Positions 28,573 through 38,337 of a stretch of DNA of 64,000 nucleotides are shown piece by piece. The position numbers and the translations under genes were made by a program. Within the stretch, counting starts at the first letter, position 1, and every line of letters starts with the position of its first letter. The notes below the pieces were generated by a model that searched no databases, was not told the DNA's origin, and was given only the letters and a program-made list of their open reading frames with translations. Source of the stretch: Candidatus Latescibacterota bacterium (GTDB lineage Bacteria; Latescibacterota; UBA2968; UBA8231); the NCBI GenBank assembly GCA_965217585.1, contig OZ244561.1, positions 928,001 through 992,000 of the forward strand, in the 5' to 3' direction.

Positions 28573-29196
28573 ATGATGGAGAAGCCCCATCTGGAGTTTC
28601 TGGTTGAAGAGCCTTCTATGGAGGCATTCCTGCATGAATTACTCCCGCGTCTGTTTCCCGAAGACTGTCCTTCCTTTCGCGTCCATGCGTTTCAGGGCAA
28701 GACAAACATGTTGGATAATTTACAGGCTCGTCTAAAGGGCTACGCTCATTGGCCGTCGAACTATGGGCGTATCGTCGTGGTGGTTGATTGCGACGACGAC
28801 GATTGCCATAAACTCAAACAACAACTCGAAATGGTAGCAACCACAGCGGGATTAATCACTCGTTCAGGATCCAGTGGACACCTCTGGAAAGTGGTAACTC
28901 GCATCGCAATTGAGGAACTTGAAGCGTGGTACTTCGGAGATTGGAAAGCCGTGAAGAGCGCCTATCCAAGGGTGTCGCCCACTGTCCCGAATCGGGCACC
29001 CTATCGCAATCCCGATGCAATAAAAGGCGGCACTTGGGAGGCGTTTGAACGCATCTTGCAGAACGGTGGCTATTTCAAAAATGGACTGCGCAAGGTAGAA
29101 GCGGCGCGTACCATTGCCGCTCACCTCAACCCGGACTGCAATCGCTCCCATAGCTTTGTAAAATTCCGCGACGCTCTCATCGAGGCGATGACATAA
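28573..29196 (+). CDS. DUF4276 family (TOPRIM-like) protein
   Basis: LVEEPSMEAFL, FQGK, VVDCDDDDC, IEELEAWYFGD, NRSHSF; abuts the ATPase stop. Confidence 0.82.
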   Translation: MMEKPHLEFLVEEPSMEAFLHELLPRLFPEDCPSFRVHAFQGKTNMLDNLQARLKGYAHWPSNYGRIVVVVDCDDDDCHKLKQQLEMVATTAGLITRSGSSGHLWKVVTRIAIEELEAWYFGDWKAVKSAYPRVSPTVPNRAPYRNPDAIKGGTWEAFERILQNGGYFKNGLRKVEAARTIAAHLNPDCNRSHSFVKFRDALIEAMT

Positions 29197-29241
29197 TGCG
29201 CGGCTTCCTGGACACCGCTAATACAGGTGAACCTCCAGATT

Positions 29242-31134
29242 ATGAATAATGTCTCGCACCTCCTCCCCCTACTCTGCGCCCTCGCGCTGTCTGCGGGCGG
29301 CTGCGCGGGCCTGCGGAGCCACAGCGCGCCAGCGCCCGCAGAGCCGACGGCCTCCGACCAAGCCATGCGATACTTCGTCAAGGCCAAGGTCTTTGAATCC
29401 CAGCACAACTACCTCGGCGCGATAGTCGCCCTGCGCAGCGCGGCTGACCTCGACCCGACTTCGCCCACCATCTACGCCCGCCTCGCTTACAACTACCAGC
29501 GCATCGACGACCCCCACATGGCCGTCCATTTTGCACGCAAGGGCTTGGCATTGGACGGCAGCCAAGTGCGATTGCGCCGCCTGCTGATTCGGATCCTAGA
29601 GAGCGAAGGCGACCGCGAGGGTGCCATTGACCACATCGAAGAACTGCTGCGCTACGAGCCGGACAATTGGCCGCTCTACCGCCACTTGGCCTATCTCTAC
29701 TTTGAATCGGGCCAAACCGAGCGAATCGGCTCGCTCTTCAATGAAGTGCTCGCCCAAGAGCAAGTGTCGCCAGAAGTCGAGGTGGACATAGCTGGCATTT
29801 TTTCTCGCATCAGCCTGCAAAAAGAGGCCGAGCGCATCTATCACCGGGTCCTCGCGGCCGATCCCACGGTCGAGGACGCTTGGCTGGGTCTAGCCGAACT
29901 CAAGCTGGCGCAGGGGCACCGCCACGAGGCCATCGCCATCTACCGCGAGGCCGCAGGCCACCTGCCCGACAGCAGCATCCCCTACTATTTGGCGCGGCTG
30001 ATGGTCACCGAGCACGACCTAGAGGAAATCCTCGCCGAAGAGGGTGCCGAGGTGCTCTACCACTTGGGAATGGCCCTGTCCGAGGCCGGCAAGTACGACC
30101 AAGCGACGTTGGTCTTTAAGCGCATCGTTGAGATGCAGCCGCAAACGGTCGAGCAGTGGACCGACCTAGCGCGCTACTACATCTACTTGGAGGACTACGA
30201 CTCCGCCACCTCCGTCCTCAGCCAAGCGGCAGAGGCCATGCCCGACAGCAGCGAGATTTACCTGTACTGGGGGACGGCCCTAGAAAGCACCGGGCGCTAC
30301 GACGAGGCCATCGCCGTGTACCAGCGCGGCCTTGAGCACCTGCCCGATGCGGTTGAGATATATCTATACTGGGGACTCGCGCTAGAGCAACAAGACGCTT
30401 GGGCAGAGGCCATTGGCGTCTATCGCCAAGCACTCGCAGTATCCCCGGGCGAAGCCGCGCTGCACGTGCGGTGGGGCATCAGCTTGGGGCGGCAGGGGCA
30501 GTGGGAAGACGCGCTGGCCCAATACGAAACAGCGGCCTCGATTGACTCCGTGTACAGCCCAACCTTTTTGCACTGGGGCATTGCTCTAGAGGAATTGGAG
30601 CGCTGGGAAGCGGCGCTTGAGAAGCTGAATCAGGCCGTTGCGCTGGCGAACGATAAGAGCCGCGTGCTCTTTTACCTCGGCTCCTGCTACGAGCAGGCTT
30701 CGCGCAAACTTGGCCGCGACGAGTACTTCGATCGTGCGGTAGGGACCTTCCAACGCCTGTTGGAGATCGAGCCAAACGATGCCTACGCCCTCAACTACCT
30801 CGGCTACATGTATGCGGACAAGGGCATGCGGCTGACAGAGGCAGTCGCGCTCTTAGAGAGGGCGATCGCGCTCGCGCCGGACAACAGCGCGTTCCTCGAC
30901 AGCATGGGCTGGGCCTATTTCCGCCTCGGCGAGCTAGCGCAGGCCGAGCACTACCTGCAACAAGCCTTGGAGCAGATGGACGAGGGCGATCCCGAGGAGC
31001 AGGCCGTAATCTTCGACCACGCCGGCGACATTGCCAGTGCCCTCGGTAAAACGGACGAGGCGCGCACGCATTGGCAGAAGGTGCTAGAACTTGCGCCGGA
31101 CAACGAAGAAGTTCGGCGCAAGCTGCTGCCATGA
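29242..31134 (+). CDS. Tetratricopeptide-repeat lipoprotein
   Basis: Lipobox-like AGGC, many TPRs, ALNYLGYMYAD, LDSMGWAYF, DHAGD; start 29227 or 29242. Confidence 0.88.
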   Translation: MNNVSHLLPLLCALALSAGGCAGLRSHSAPAPAEPTASDQAMRYFVKAKVFESQHNYLGAIVALRSAADLDPTSPTIYARLAYNYQRIDDPHMAVHFARKGLALDGSQVRLRRLLIRILESEGDREGAIDHIEELLRYEPDNWPLYRHLAYLYFESGQTERIGSLFNEVLAQEQVSPEVEVDIAGIFSRISLQKEAERIYHRVLAADPTVEDAWLGLAELKLAQGHRHEAIAIYREAAGHLPDSSIPYYLARLMVTEHDLEEILAEEGAEVLYHLGMALSEAGKYDQATLVFKRIVEMQPQTVEQWTDLARYYIYLEDYDSATSVLSQAAEAMPDSSEIYLYWGTALESTGRYDEAIAVYQRGLEHLPDAVEIYLYWGLALEQQDAWAEAIGVYRQALAVSPGEAALHVRWGISLGRQGQWEDALAQYETAASIDSVYSPTFLHWGIALEELERWEAALEKLNQAVALANDKSRVLFYLGSCYEQASRKLGRDEYFDRAVGTFQRLLEIEPNDAYALNYLGYMYADKGMRLTEAVALLERAIALAPDNSAFLDSMGWAYFRLGELAQAEHYLQQALEQMDEGDPEEQAVIFDHAGDIASALGKTDEARTHWQKVLELAPDNEEVRRKLLP

Positions 31135-31913
31135 TTCATACCTCGCGCTCGGGGCACACCCAAAATTTCCAAACAGCTTCTAAATGGTTCGCGCTCTGCG
31201 CCCTAGCGCTAGCTTGCGCGCCGCCGCTGGTGGTGCGGGAGGGTTGGGATGCGGACCAAGGGCCGGCCGCCTTGCTCGCTGCTTCGGCGTCCCTCGCCCA
31301 GTTCGAAGATCTAACGGCGGAAGCGGCTATTGAGCTGCGGCGCGGCGCGGTGCGCGATCGGGGGACGGCCCTCGTGCAGCTAGTCAATCCAGACCTCTTC
31401 CGCGTCGAGGTGCGCGGCCCCTTTTTCACCCACATTTTTACGGCCCTGCTCGAAGGCGACAGTCTGACCGTGTACGGCCGGGGCATGGACCCTCCCCTAA
31501 AAGGAACGGTGCGCGGCCGGCTGCTAACCACGCTGACCGGGCTGGATTTCGGATCGTGCGATCTGCGCTACGCCTTGCTCGGCCTCATCGAGCCGGGTTC
31601 CATAGTCGAGCCGATCGAGTACCCGGACACCGACCAAGCAGTGGTTGCGCTCACAGGCGGACGGCGGGCGTGGTTGGACCTACGCCGAGGCTTGGTGTTG
31701 CGCGAGAGCATCCCGCTGCCCGAGGGCGATGTCCTGCTCCGCGAGCTAGGAGAATACCGCCGGCAGGACGCGCTTTACTTGCCGCGCCGGGTGGAAATAC
31801 GCCAAGCCGATGTGGCGCTGGTGTTGGATTACAAACGCTATGCCTTCAACAGCGGGCTAGACGCCAGCCAATTGCAACAGGGGCTACCTGCGGGAGTGAT
31901 GCGAGTGCCATAA
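31131..31913 (+). CDS. LolA/LolB-like (DUF4292-like) putative lipoprotein
   Basis: LALAC lipobox, RVEVRGPF, YLPRRVEI; ATGA overlap with the TPR gene. Confidence 0.6.
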   Translation: MIHTSRSGHTQNFQTASKWFALCALALACAPPLVVREGWDADQGPAALLAASASLAQFEDLTAEAAIELRRGAVRDRGTALVQLVNPDLFRVEVRGPFFTHIFTALLEGDSLTVYGRGMDPPLKGTVRGRLLTTLTGLDFGSCDLRYALLGLIEPGSIVEPIEYPDTDQAVVALTGGRRAWLDLRRGLVLRESIPLPEGDVLLRELGEYRRQDALYLPRRVEIRQADVALVLDYKRYAFNSGLDASQLQQGLPAGVMRVP

Positions 31914-31926
31914 GAGGCCGCATCGT

Positions 31927-31956
31927 TTGACAGTTATAGGCCCCAATGCGTACTTA
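31927..31956 (+). promoter_or_regulatory. Sigma70-like promoter
   Basis: TTGACA-18bp-TACTTA upstream of 32001. Confidence 0.45.
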
Positions 31957-32000
31957 AAATTAAAACAGAACATTTCAATACATTTTGGGGAGAAAATTCC

Positions 32001-33137
32001 ATGAGCAAACTCAAAGTAGGCATGATCGGCGGCGGTGGCCCCGATTCCTTTTTCGGCATGGTCCACAACCGCGCCATCGCGCTCGACGCCAGCCGCGAAT
32101 TGGTCGCCGGCGCGCTGCGTTCTAGCCCAGAGGCGGCGATGCGCGCTGCCGACGACTACGGCATCCAAGGTTATCCCACCTACCAAGCGCTGCTAGCGGC
32201 GGTGCAAAGTGGCGAGCAGGCCCTCGATTACGTCACCATCGTCACCCCCAACTTCGCCCACTACGAGCCGGCCAAAGCCTTTTTGCAGGCGGGCATTCCC
32301 GTACTCTGCGAAAAGCCGATTACCATGACAGTAGCCGAAGCCGAAGACTTGGCACAGATCGTCGAGCGCGAGTCTGTGCCCTTTGTGCTGGCCCATACCT
32401 ATACGGGCCATCCGATGATGATGCTGGCCAAGGAAATGATCCAAAGCGGCGAGATCGGCCAAGTCCGCAAGGTGGATTCTTGGTACCATCAGGGTTGGCT
32501 GGCCACGGCACTGGAACAGACCGGCCAGCAGCAGGCGTCTTGGCGCACCGATCCCGAGCGCACGGGCATTTCCAATTGCGGCGGCGACATTGGCACGCAC
32601 GCCTTTGTCGCAGCGACTTGGGTGACCGGGCTAGCCGTCGGGCGGGTCTCGGCGCGGCTCAATACCTTTATCGAAGGCCGTGTGCTCGACGACGACTTCA
32701 ACGTGATCGGCGAACTGGAAAACGGCGGCACCGCGCTGATCACGGCCACGCAGATCGCCGTTGGCTACCGCAACGACAACGGCTTCCGCGTCTTCGGCAC
32801 CGAAGGCTCTATCGAATGGCATCAGGAGCGGGCCGAATGCCTGCTGGTGCGCCACGGCGATGGCCGCGACATTACCTATTGGATTGGTGCTGAATTCGGC
32901 CTGCCCGAGTCGGTCGCCTCATACTTGCGGGTGCCCTCGGGACACCACGAGGACTTCTTCCCAGCCCTCGCCAACCTCCACACCACCATCGAGCGGCACA
33001 TCCGCACGCGCCGTGGCGAACAGGATGTGCCCGCGGCCTTTCCGCATCCGGGCGTGGAAGAGGGCGTAGCGGGCATGAAATTCGTTGCGGCCGCAGTAGA
33101 ATCGTCCAAGAACAGCGGCGCGTGGACGCAGGTTTAG
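32001..33137 (+). CDS. Gfo/Idh/MocA family oxidoreductase
   Basis: KVGMIGGG, IVTPN, CEKP, WRTDP, GDIGTH, PSGHHE. Confidence 0.92.
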   Translation: MSKLKVGMIGGGGPDSFFGMVHNRAIALDASRELVAGALRSSPEAAMRAADDYGIQGYPTYQALLAAVQSGEQALDYVTIVTPNFAHYEPAKAFLQAGIPVLCEKPITMTVAEAEDLAQIVERESVPFVLAHTYTGHPMMMLAKEMIQSGEIGQVRKVDSWYHQGWLATALEQTGQQQASWRTDPERTGISNCGGDIGTHAFVAATWVTGLAVGRVSARLNTFIEGRVLDDDFNVIGELENGGTALITATQIAVGYRNDNGFRVFGTEGSIEWHQERAECLLVRHGDGRDITYWIGAEFGLPESVASYLRVPSGHHEDFFPALANLHTTIERHIRTRRGEQDVPAAFPHPGVEEGVAGMKFVAAAVESSKNSGAWTQV

Positions 33138-33222
33138 TTGCGCATCGCTTCTTGAAATTATGTCAACTCTATGTCATCTTTATAGATAGGACCCCATAAA
33201 CCCTTTTCGAGGAGAATTTTCC

Positions 33223-35544
33223 ATGAAACTGCTTTACGTCGCCTGTGCTGCGGTCGTAGTATTCGCCGCCTGTGCAGACCGAGATCCCCTGTCATCCACC
33301 GCAGACCCATCTATCGCGTATAAAGCAGGCAAGCCGACCGTCTCTTCCGAGTCGGTCGCTGGCTTGCCTGAACCACGCGTGCCAGCGCACTTCACGGTGC
33401 GGATCGAAAACATCGGCACCGTCCTCGCTCCAGGCGCGTGGGTCGCCCAACGCGGTGGTACGCCCCTCTTCATCAACGGCCAGCCCGATCGCGGCGCTGG
33501 ACTCGAAGCACTCGCCGAGGACGGCAATCCGGCGGAGCTAGCCGCGAACCTCCACCCCAACAGCGGGATTTTCAACACACCGGTGGGAGCCGACGGCCCT
33601 GGACCGCTGACGCCGGATAATGCCTATGAGTTCAGCTTCGTTGCCCGTCCGGGCGACCGGCTGTCTTTCTCCACCATGTACGTTCAATCCAACGACCTGT
33701 TCTTAGCGCCAGACGAAACCGGTATTGCGCTGTTCATCGACGGACAGCCAATAAGCGGCGACATCACCGCTCAGATCGGCCTGTGGGATGCCGGTACGGA
33801 AGTCAACGAGGAGCCGGGCGTGGGCGAAAACCAAGCGCCGCGTCAGGCCGGTGCCAACACCGGCGCGGACGAAGGGGGTGTGGTGCGCTTAGGCGACGAC
33901 GGGTTCACCTATCCGGCCGTGGCCGATATCGTGCTCATCACCGTCACCTCCGTAGGTGGTGTGAGCGTAGAAGCAGGAGAAGGTGAAGGTGAAGGTGAAG
34001 GTGAAGGCGAAGGTGAGGGTGAAGGCGAAGGTGAGGGCGACGACGACATGAGCGACGACCTAACCGGGCCCGAAGTTGCGATAACGCCCGATGTCCTAGC
34101 CCTGACCAATGCGCTGATAAGCTATTTTCAGAACGCCCTGTTGGTCGCGCTGACCTCGGATGAGGCGACGATTGACGGAGCCAGCAGTGGCACGTTGGCC
34201 ATCGCGGGCAACGAGTGGGTGCTAACGGATTATTCGTCCGACGGGCTGCTGGTGCTCAACGGCACCCTGAACGTGGGCAAAGATCAGTTCCCGAGCATTC
34301 CCATAACTGGCGAGATAGCCGCTTCTGGTGCATTCGATGCTACGGTATCGTTAGACATTCTGGTCGATGTGTCTGGAGACGAGCCATCCTTGAGCGGCAC
34401 CATTACCGTTGGGGTGCCTTACGACATCAGTGCTATCATCGCGGCGGCTGAGGCAGGTGCCATGGACGGCGACGACGATAGCGACGGCGATAGCGACGGC
34501 GACGGTGAAGGCGAAGACGACGGCGACGGCGAGGAGTCCGCGCAGCAGTTAGGAGTGAATGATACCTATGACAACATCCGCGCCGGTGTCCGGCTGATCT
34601 TGTCGTACGACGCGGAGGCCAACGCCTTCACCGGCACGGCGGAGAATACCACGGACGCGACGCTGGAGCAGGTTCGCGTGGAAGTCCACCTCTCAAACGG
34701 GACCGAACTGGGACCGACGACGCCCACCGACTTGGCCTCCGGCCAGAGCATTCCGATTACCCTTCCCGCAACGAGCGAATCCTTCGACACTTGGAGCGCA
34801 CATCCGGAGGTTGGTGCTGGCGGTGAGGGTGAAGGCGAAGGCGAGGGCGACGACGACGGCGAAGGCGAAGGCGAGGGCGACGACGATAGCTCTGAGATGA
34901 CCATCACTTCCGCGCGGACCATCTCTTCCGATCCAGCCGCCGGCTTGGCTGAAGCGCGCGTGCCAGCGCAATTCACGGTGCGGATCGAAAACATCGGCAC
35001 CGTCCTCGCTCCAGGCGCGTGGGTCGCCCAACGCGGCGGTACGCCTATCTTCACCGACGGCCAACCCGATCGCGGTGCTGGCCTCGAAGCACTCGCCGAG
35101 GACGGCAATCCGGCGGAGCTAGCCGCGAGCCTCTACACAAACAGCGGGATTTTCAACACGCCGGTGGGGGCCGACAGCCCCGGCCCGCTGACGCCGGACA
35201 ACGCCTATGAGTTCAGCTTCACGGCCCGTCCGGGCGACCGGCTGTCTTTCGCCACCATGTACGTGCAATCCAACGACCTGTTCTTGGCACCGGATGAAAC
35301 CGGCATTGCGCTGTTCACCAACGGACAGCCGATAAGCGGCGACATCACCGCTCAGATCGGCCTGTGGGATGCCGGTACGGAAGTCAACGAGGAGCCGGGC
35401 GTGGGCGAAAACCAAGCACCGCGTCAGGCCGGTGCCAACACCGGCGCGGACGAAGGAGGCACAGTGCGCTTAGTGGACGATGGGTTCACCTATCCGGCCG
35501 TGGCCGACATCGTGCTCATCACCATCTCCTCCTCTGGTGGCTGA
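33223..35544 (+). CDS. Lipoprotein with two spondin_N domains, acidic (GE)n/(GD)n linkers and an Ig/FxLYD-like domain
   Basis: FAAC lipobox; twice FTVRIEN...GLEALAEDG...MYVQSNDLF...WDAGTEVNE; VRVEVHLSNGTELGPT. Confidence 0.85.
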   Translation: MKLLYVACAAVVVFAACADRDPLSSTADPSIAYKAGKPTVSSESVAGLPEPRVPAHFTVRIENIGTVLAPGAWVAQRGGTPLFINGQPDRGAGLEALAEDGNPAELAANLHPNSGIFNTPVGADGPGPLTPDNAYEFSFVARPGDRLSFSTMYVQSNDLFLAPDETGIALFIDGQPISGDITAQIGLWDAGTEVNEEPGVGENQAPRQAGANTGADEGGVVRLGDDGFTYPAVADIVLITVTSVGGVSVEAGEGEGEGEGEGEGEGEGEGEGDDDMSDDLTGPEVAITPDVLALTNALISYFQNALLVALTSDEATIDGASSGTLAIAGNEWVLTDYSSDGLLVLNGTLNVGKDQFPSIPITGEIAASGAFDATVSLDILVDVSGDEPSLSGTITVGVPYDISAIIAAAEAGAMDGDDDSDGDSDGDGEGEDDGDGEESAQQLGVNDTYDNIRAGVRLILSYDAEANAFTGTAENTTDATLEQVRVEVHLSNGTELGPTTPTDLASGQSIPITLPATSESFDTWSAHPEVGAGGEGEGEGEGDDDGEGEGEGDDDSSEMTITSARTISSDPAAGLAEARVPAQFTVRIENIGTVLAPGAWVAQRGGTPIFTDGQPDRGAGLEALAEDGNPAELAASLYTNSGIFNTPVGADSPGPLTPDNAYEFSFTARPGDRLSFATMYVQSNDLFLAPDETGIALFTNGQPISGDITAQIGLWDAGTEVNEEPGVGENQAPRQAGANTGADEGGTVRLVDDGFTYPAVADIVLITISSSGG
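33361..35526 (+). repeat. About 585-bp near-identical intragenic duplication (33361-33945 vs 34942-35526)
   Basis: Direct nucleotide comparison; offset 1581 bp, in frame. Confidence 0.9.
33976..34038 (+). repeat. (GAAGGY)n hexamer microsatellite encoding (GE)n
   Basis: About 10 units; related tracts near 34470-34530 and 34820-34885. Confidence 0.9.
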
Positions 35545-35584
35545 GATGACTCAGTGCCAGCGACATAGGCACTGTTAAACAAGA

Positions 35585-35626
35585 AAAGTGGAGGCAACGG
35601 TCTTGCTCGTTGCCTCCACTTTTTTG
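35585..35626. terminator. Bidirectional rho-independent terminator
   Basis: AAAAGTGGAGGCAACG-loop-CGTTGCCTCCACTTTTTT between convergent genes. Confidence 0.9.
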
Positions 35627-35648
35627 TCACCTAGTGTTACGCAACCCC

Positions 35649-36659
35649 CTATTCCTCGTCGTAGCGTATCCGCGGATCGAGCCAAGCGTAGAGAATGTCG
35701 GCGATGAGGTTGGCCAGCACGAACACCGTGGCCAGCAGCAAAACTCCGCCCTGCACAGCGCGGAAGTCGCGCGCCTGCACCGCCAAAAAGAGCCAGCGTC
35801 CGACCCCGGGCCAAGCGAAGATAGTCTCGGTGATGACCGCGCCCCCGAGCAGGTAGCCGAATTCGAGGGCAATGACCGTAAGCGTGGGTATAAAGGCGTT
35901 TTTCAGGGCGTGGCGCACAATCACCACCCGCTGCCGCAGGCCCTTGGCCCAAGCCGTGCGGATGTAGTCCTCGCCGAGGACGTCGAGCAGGCTGGCGCGG
36001 GTCATGCGCGCAATGACGGCCATGGGAATGGTCCCCAAGGTCAGGGCCGGCAGGAAGAGGTGCCACAGCACGTCGCCGCAGGCCGCGAAATCGCCCTGCG
36101 CGAGGGCGTCGATTACGTAGAAATAGGTAATCGGCTCAAAGTAAATATGCGTGCTCAAGCGGCCGGACACCGGAAAGAGCGGCACGTAAAAGGCCAACAG
36201 CAACACCAGCATCAGGGCCAGCCAAAATACGGGAATGGAAATGCCGGCCGTGGCCAAGATCATGCTGAGGAGATCGGCGATCTTGCCCCGCCGCACCGCG
36301 GCCCACAGCCCGGCCGAGATGCCGACTGTCATGGCCAACAGCATACTGGCCAAGGTTAGCTCGCAGGTGGCCGGGAAGCGCTGGAAGAGTTCGGTGGTGA
36401 TTTTCTCGTGGGTGCGAATCGAGCGGCCTAGATCGCCGCGCAATAGACCAGTGAAGAAGCGGTAAAACTGCACGTGGAAGGGCTGGTCGAGGCCCATGGT
36501 CGCACGCAACTCAGCCAAGCTCTCGGCATTGGCGCGCTCCCCGAGCATGACTTGGGCCGGATCCCCTGGCACCAAGTAGAGCATCAAAAAAACCAACAGC
36601 GAAATACCCGCCAGCGTCGGCAAGAGCGCGATGAGCCGCCGGAGGACGAAGCGGTACAT
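35649..36659 (-). CDS. dppB: Peptide ABC transporter permease, DppB-like
   Basis: PGDPA, GDLGRS, RFPATCEL, DYIRTAWAKGL, ITETIFAWPGVG. Confidence 0.92.
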   Translation of the reverse strand: MYRFVLRRLIALLPTLAGISLLVFLMLYLVPGDPAQVMLGERANAESLAELRATMGLDQPFHVQFYRFFTGLLRGDLGRSIRTHEKITTELFQRFPATCELTLASMLLAMTVGISAGLWAAVRRGKIADLLSMILATAGISIPVFWLALMLVLLLAFYVPLFPVSGRLSTHIYFEPITYFYVIDALAQGDFAACGDVLWHLFLPALTLGTIPMAVIARMTRASLLDVLGEDYIRTAWAKGLRQRVVIVRHALKNAFIPTLTVIALEFGYLLGGAVITETIFAWPGVGRWLFLAVQARDFRAVQGGVLLLATVFVLANLIADILYAWLDPRIRYDEE

Positions 36660-36662
36660 GGC

Positions 36663-38276
36663 TCAAGGCGCCAGCGCGGTGCTGTGGAACCACTTGCTGC
36701 CGGTGGGATGCAGCTTGAAGCCAGTGACGCGGCGCTGAAAAACCACCGTCTGCGTCGCGTGTACTAGGGGGACCCAAGGAGCGTCGCGGTGGACTATTTC
36801 CTGCGCTTGGGCGTAGAGCCGCGTGCGTGCGTCGCGGTCGGTGGAGCGACGGGCCGCGACGAGCGCCTCGTGCAGCTCGGCACTGCGGTAGAAGGCGATA
36901 TTCTGGGCGGGCTTGATGGCTGCGGTTGAATCGAGGAGCACGTAGAGGAAGTTGTCCGGGTCGCCGTTGTCGCCGGTCCAGCCCAACAAAGCCATCTGGT
37001 GCTGGCCGTCGAACACCTTGTCCAAGTAGGTCCCCCATTCCCACGACACAATGCGGGCGTGGATGCCCACCTTTTCGAGGTCGGCCTGAATCGCCTCGGC
37101 GATCTTGCCCGGCTGCGGCATATAGGGCCGTGGCACCGGCATGGCCCACAACTCGGTCTCAAAGCCGTCGGCATAACCAGCTTCCGCCAGCAAGGCTCGC
37201 GCTTTCGCCGGATCATAGCGATAACCCGCAATGGTGTCGTTGTAGCTCCACAAGGTCGGCGGGATGGGATTTTTGGCCGGCATGGCCAAGCCCTCGTAGA
37301 AATTATCCACGAGAGCCTGTTTATCAACGGCGTGATTTACGGCTCGGCGCACCCGCACATCGTCGAAGGGCTTCTTGTCCATGTTCATGGCCAAGTAGCC
37401 GACGTTCATGCCCGCCTGCGTCAAGAGGTGGAGGCTGGAGTCGGCGCGAATCGGCTCAATGTACTCAGGGCTTAGATTGTCGAAGCCGTGGATCGTGCCT
37501 TGCGCAAGCTCCAAGAAGCGCACCGAGGCTTCCTGAATAGGCTTGAAAATTAGGCGGTCAAGCTGCGGCTTGGGGCCCCAGTAATCGCGGTTGCGCGCCA
37601 AGACGATGCGCTCGTCCTTGCGCCATTCGATAAAGCGGAAGGGGCCGGTGCCAACCGGATTTTTGAAGTAATCGCGGCCATAACGGGCCACCGCAGTGGG
37701 GCTGACGGCCGCACAGAAGTTCATCGCCAAATTCCCCAAGAAAGGGGCATGCGGCTCTTTGAGGCGGATGACAAAGGTCGAATCGTCCGGGGCCTCTAGC
37801 GCGGCGACAATGTCGTCCATGCCCATGGCCTGCCAGTACTTATAAGCGCCGGCGACCTTGTGGAAGGGATGATCTTTGTCAAACTGCCGCTCGAGGGAAA
37901 ACAGCATGGCCTCGGCGTTAAAGGGGGTGCCGTCGTGAAAGTGGACCCCCGTGCGCAAGTGGAAGGTCCACGTAAGCTGATCGTCCGCGATGTCCCAAGA
38001 ATGCGCTAGCTGCGGCACGACAGCCGTGCTCGCGCTGTCGTAGGTCACCAACGTCTCGTAGATGTTGTCGCAGACCTTGAACGACTCGCCGTCGTTTTCA
38101 ATCCCCGGATCCAGCCCGATCGAATCCGAACCACGGCCAAAAACCAAGGTGTGCTGCGTGCGTTCCTCTCGGCCGCAGGCGACGAGTACGGCAACAACTA
38201 TAGCAATCCTGAATGATTGAACAATTCGAGATGCGGATCGTCTTGTTTCTACTATTCTGCGTCCATCTGCGTCCAT
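36663..38276 (-). CDS. dppA: Peptide ABC transporter substrate-binding lipoprotein, DppA-like
   Basis: LVAC lipobox, FHDGTPFNA, PVGTGPF, MPVPRPYMP, GWTGDNGDPDNF; start uncertain. Confidence 0.9.
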   Translation of the reverse strand: MDADGRRIVETRRSASRIVQSFRIAIVVAVLVACGREERTQHTLVFGRGSDSIGLDPGIENDGESFKVCDNIYETLVTYDSASTAVVPQLAHSWDIADDQLTWTFHLRTGVHFHDGTPFNAEAMLFSLERQFDKDHPFHKVAGAYKYWQAMGMDDIVAALEAPDDSTFVIRLKEPHAPFLGNLAMNFCAAVSPTAVARYGRDYFKNPVGTGPFRFIEWRKDERIVLARNRDYWGPKPQLDRLIFKPIQEASVRFLELAQGTIHGFDNLSPEYIEPIRADSSLHLLTQAGMNVGYLAMNMDKKPFDDVRVRRAVNHAVDKQALVDNFYEGLAMPAKNPIPPTLWSYNDTIAGYRYDPAKARALLAEAGYADGFETELWAMPVPRPYMPQPGKIAEAIQADLEKVGIHARIVSWEWGTYLDKVFDGQHQMALLGWTGDNGDPDNFLYVLLDSTAAIKPAQNIAFYRSAELHEALVAARRSTDRDARTRLYAQAQEIVHRDAPWVPLVHATQTVVFQRRVTGFKLHPTGSKWFHSTALAP

Positions 38277-38282
38277 CTGCGG
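38257..38282. repeat. REP-like (CATCTGCGTC)n repeat
   Basis: CTGCGTC CATCTGCGTC CATCTGCGG. Confidence 0.65.
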
Positions 38283-38337
38283 ATCATCTTGTGAATGATG
38301 TAGGATTGCTATAGGAGGGCGACAAAACGCTGCAACG

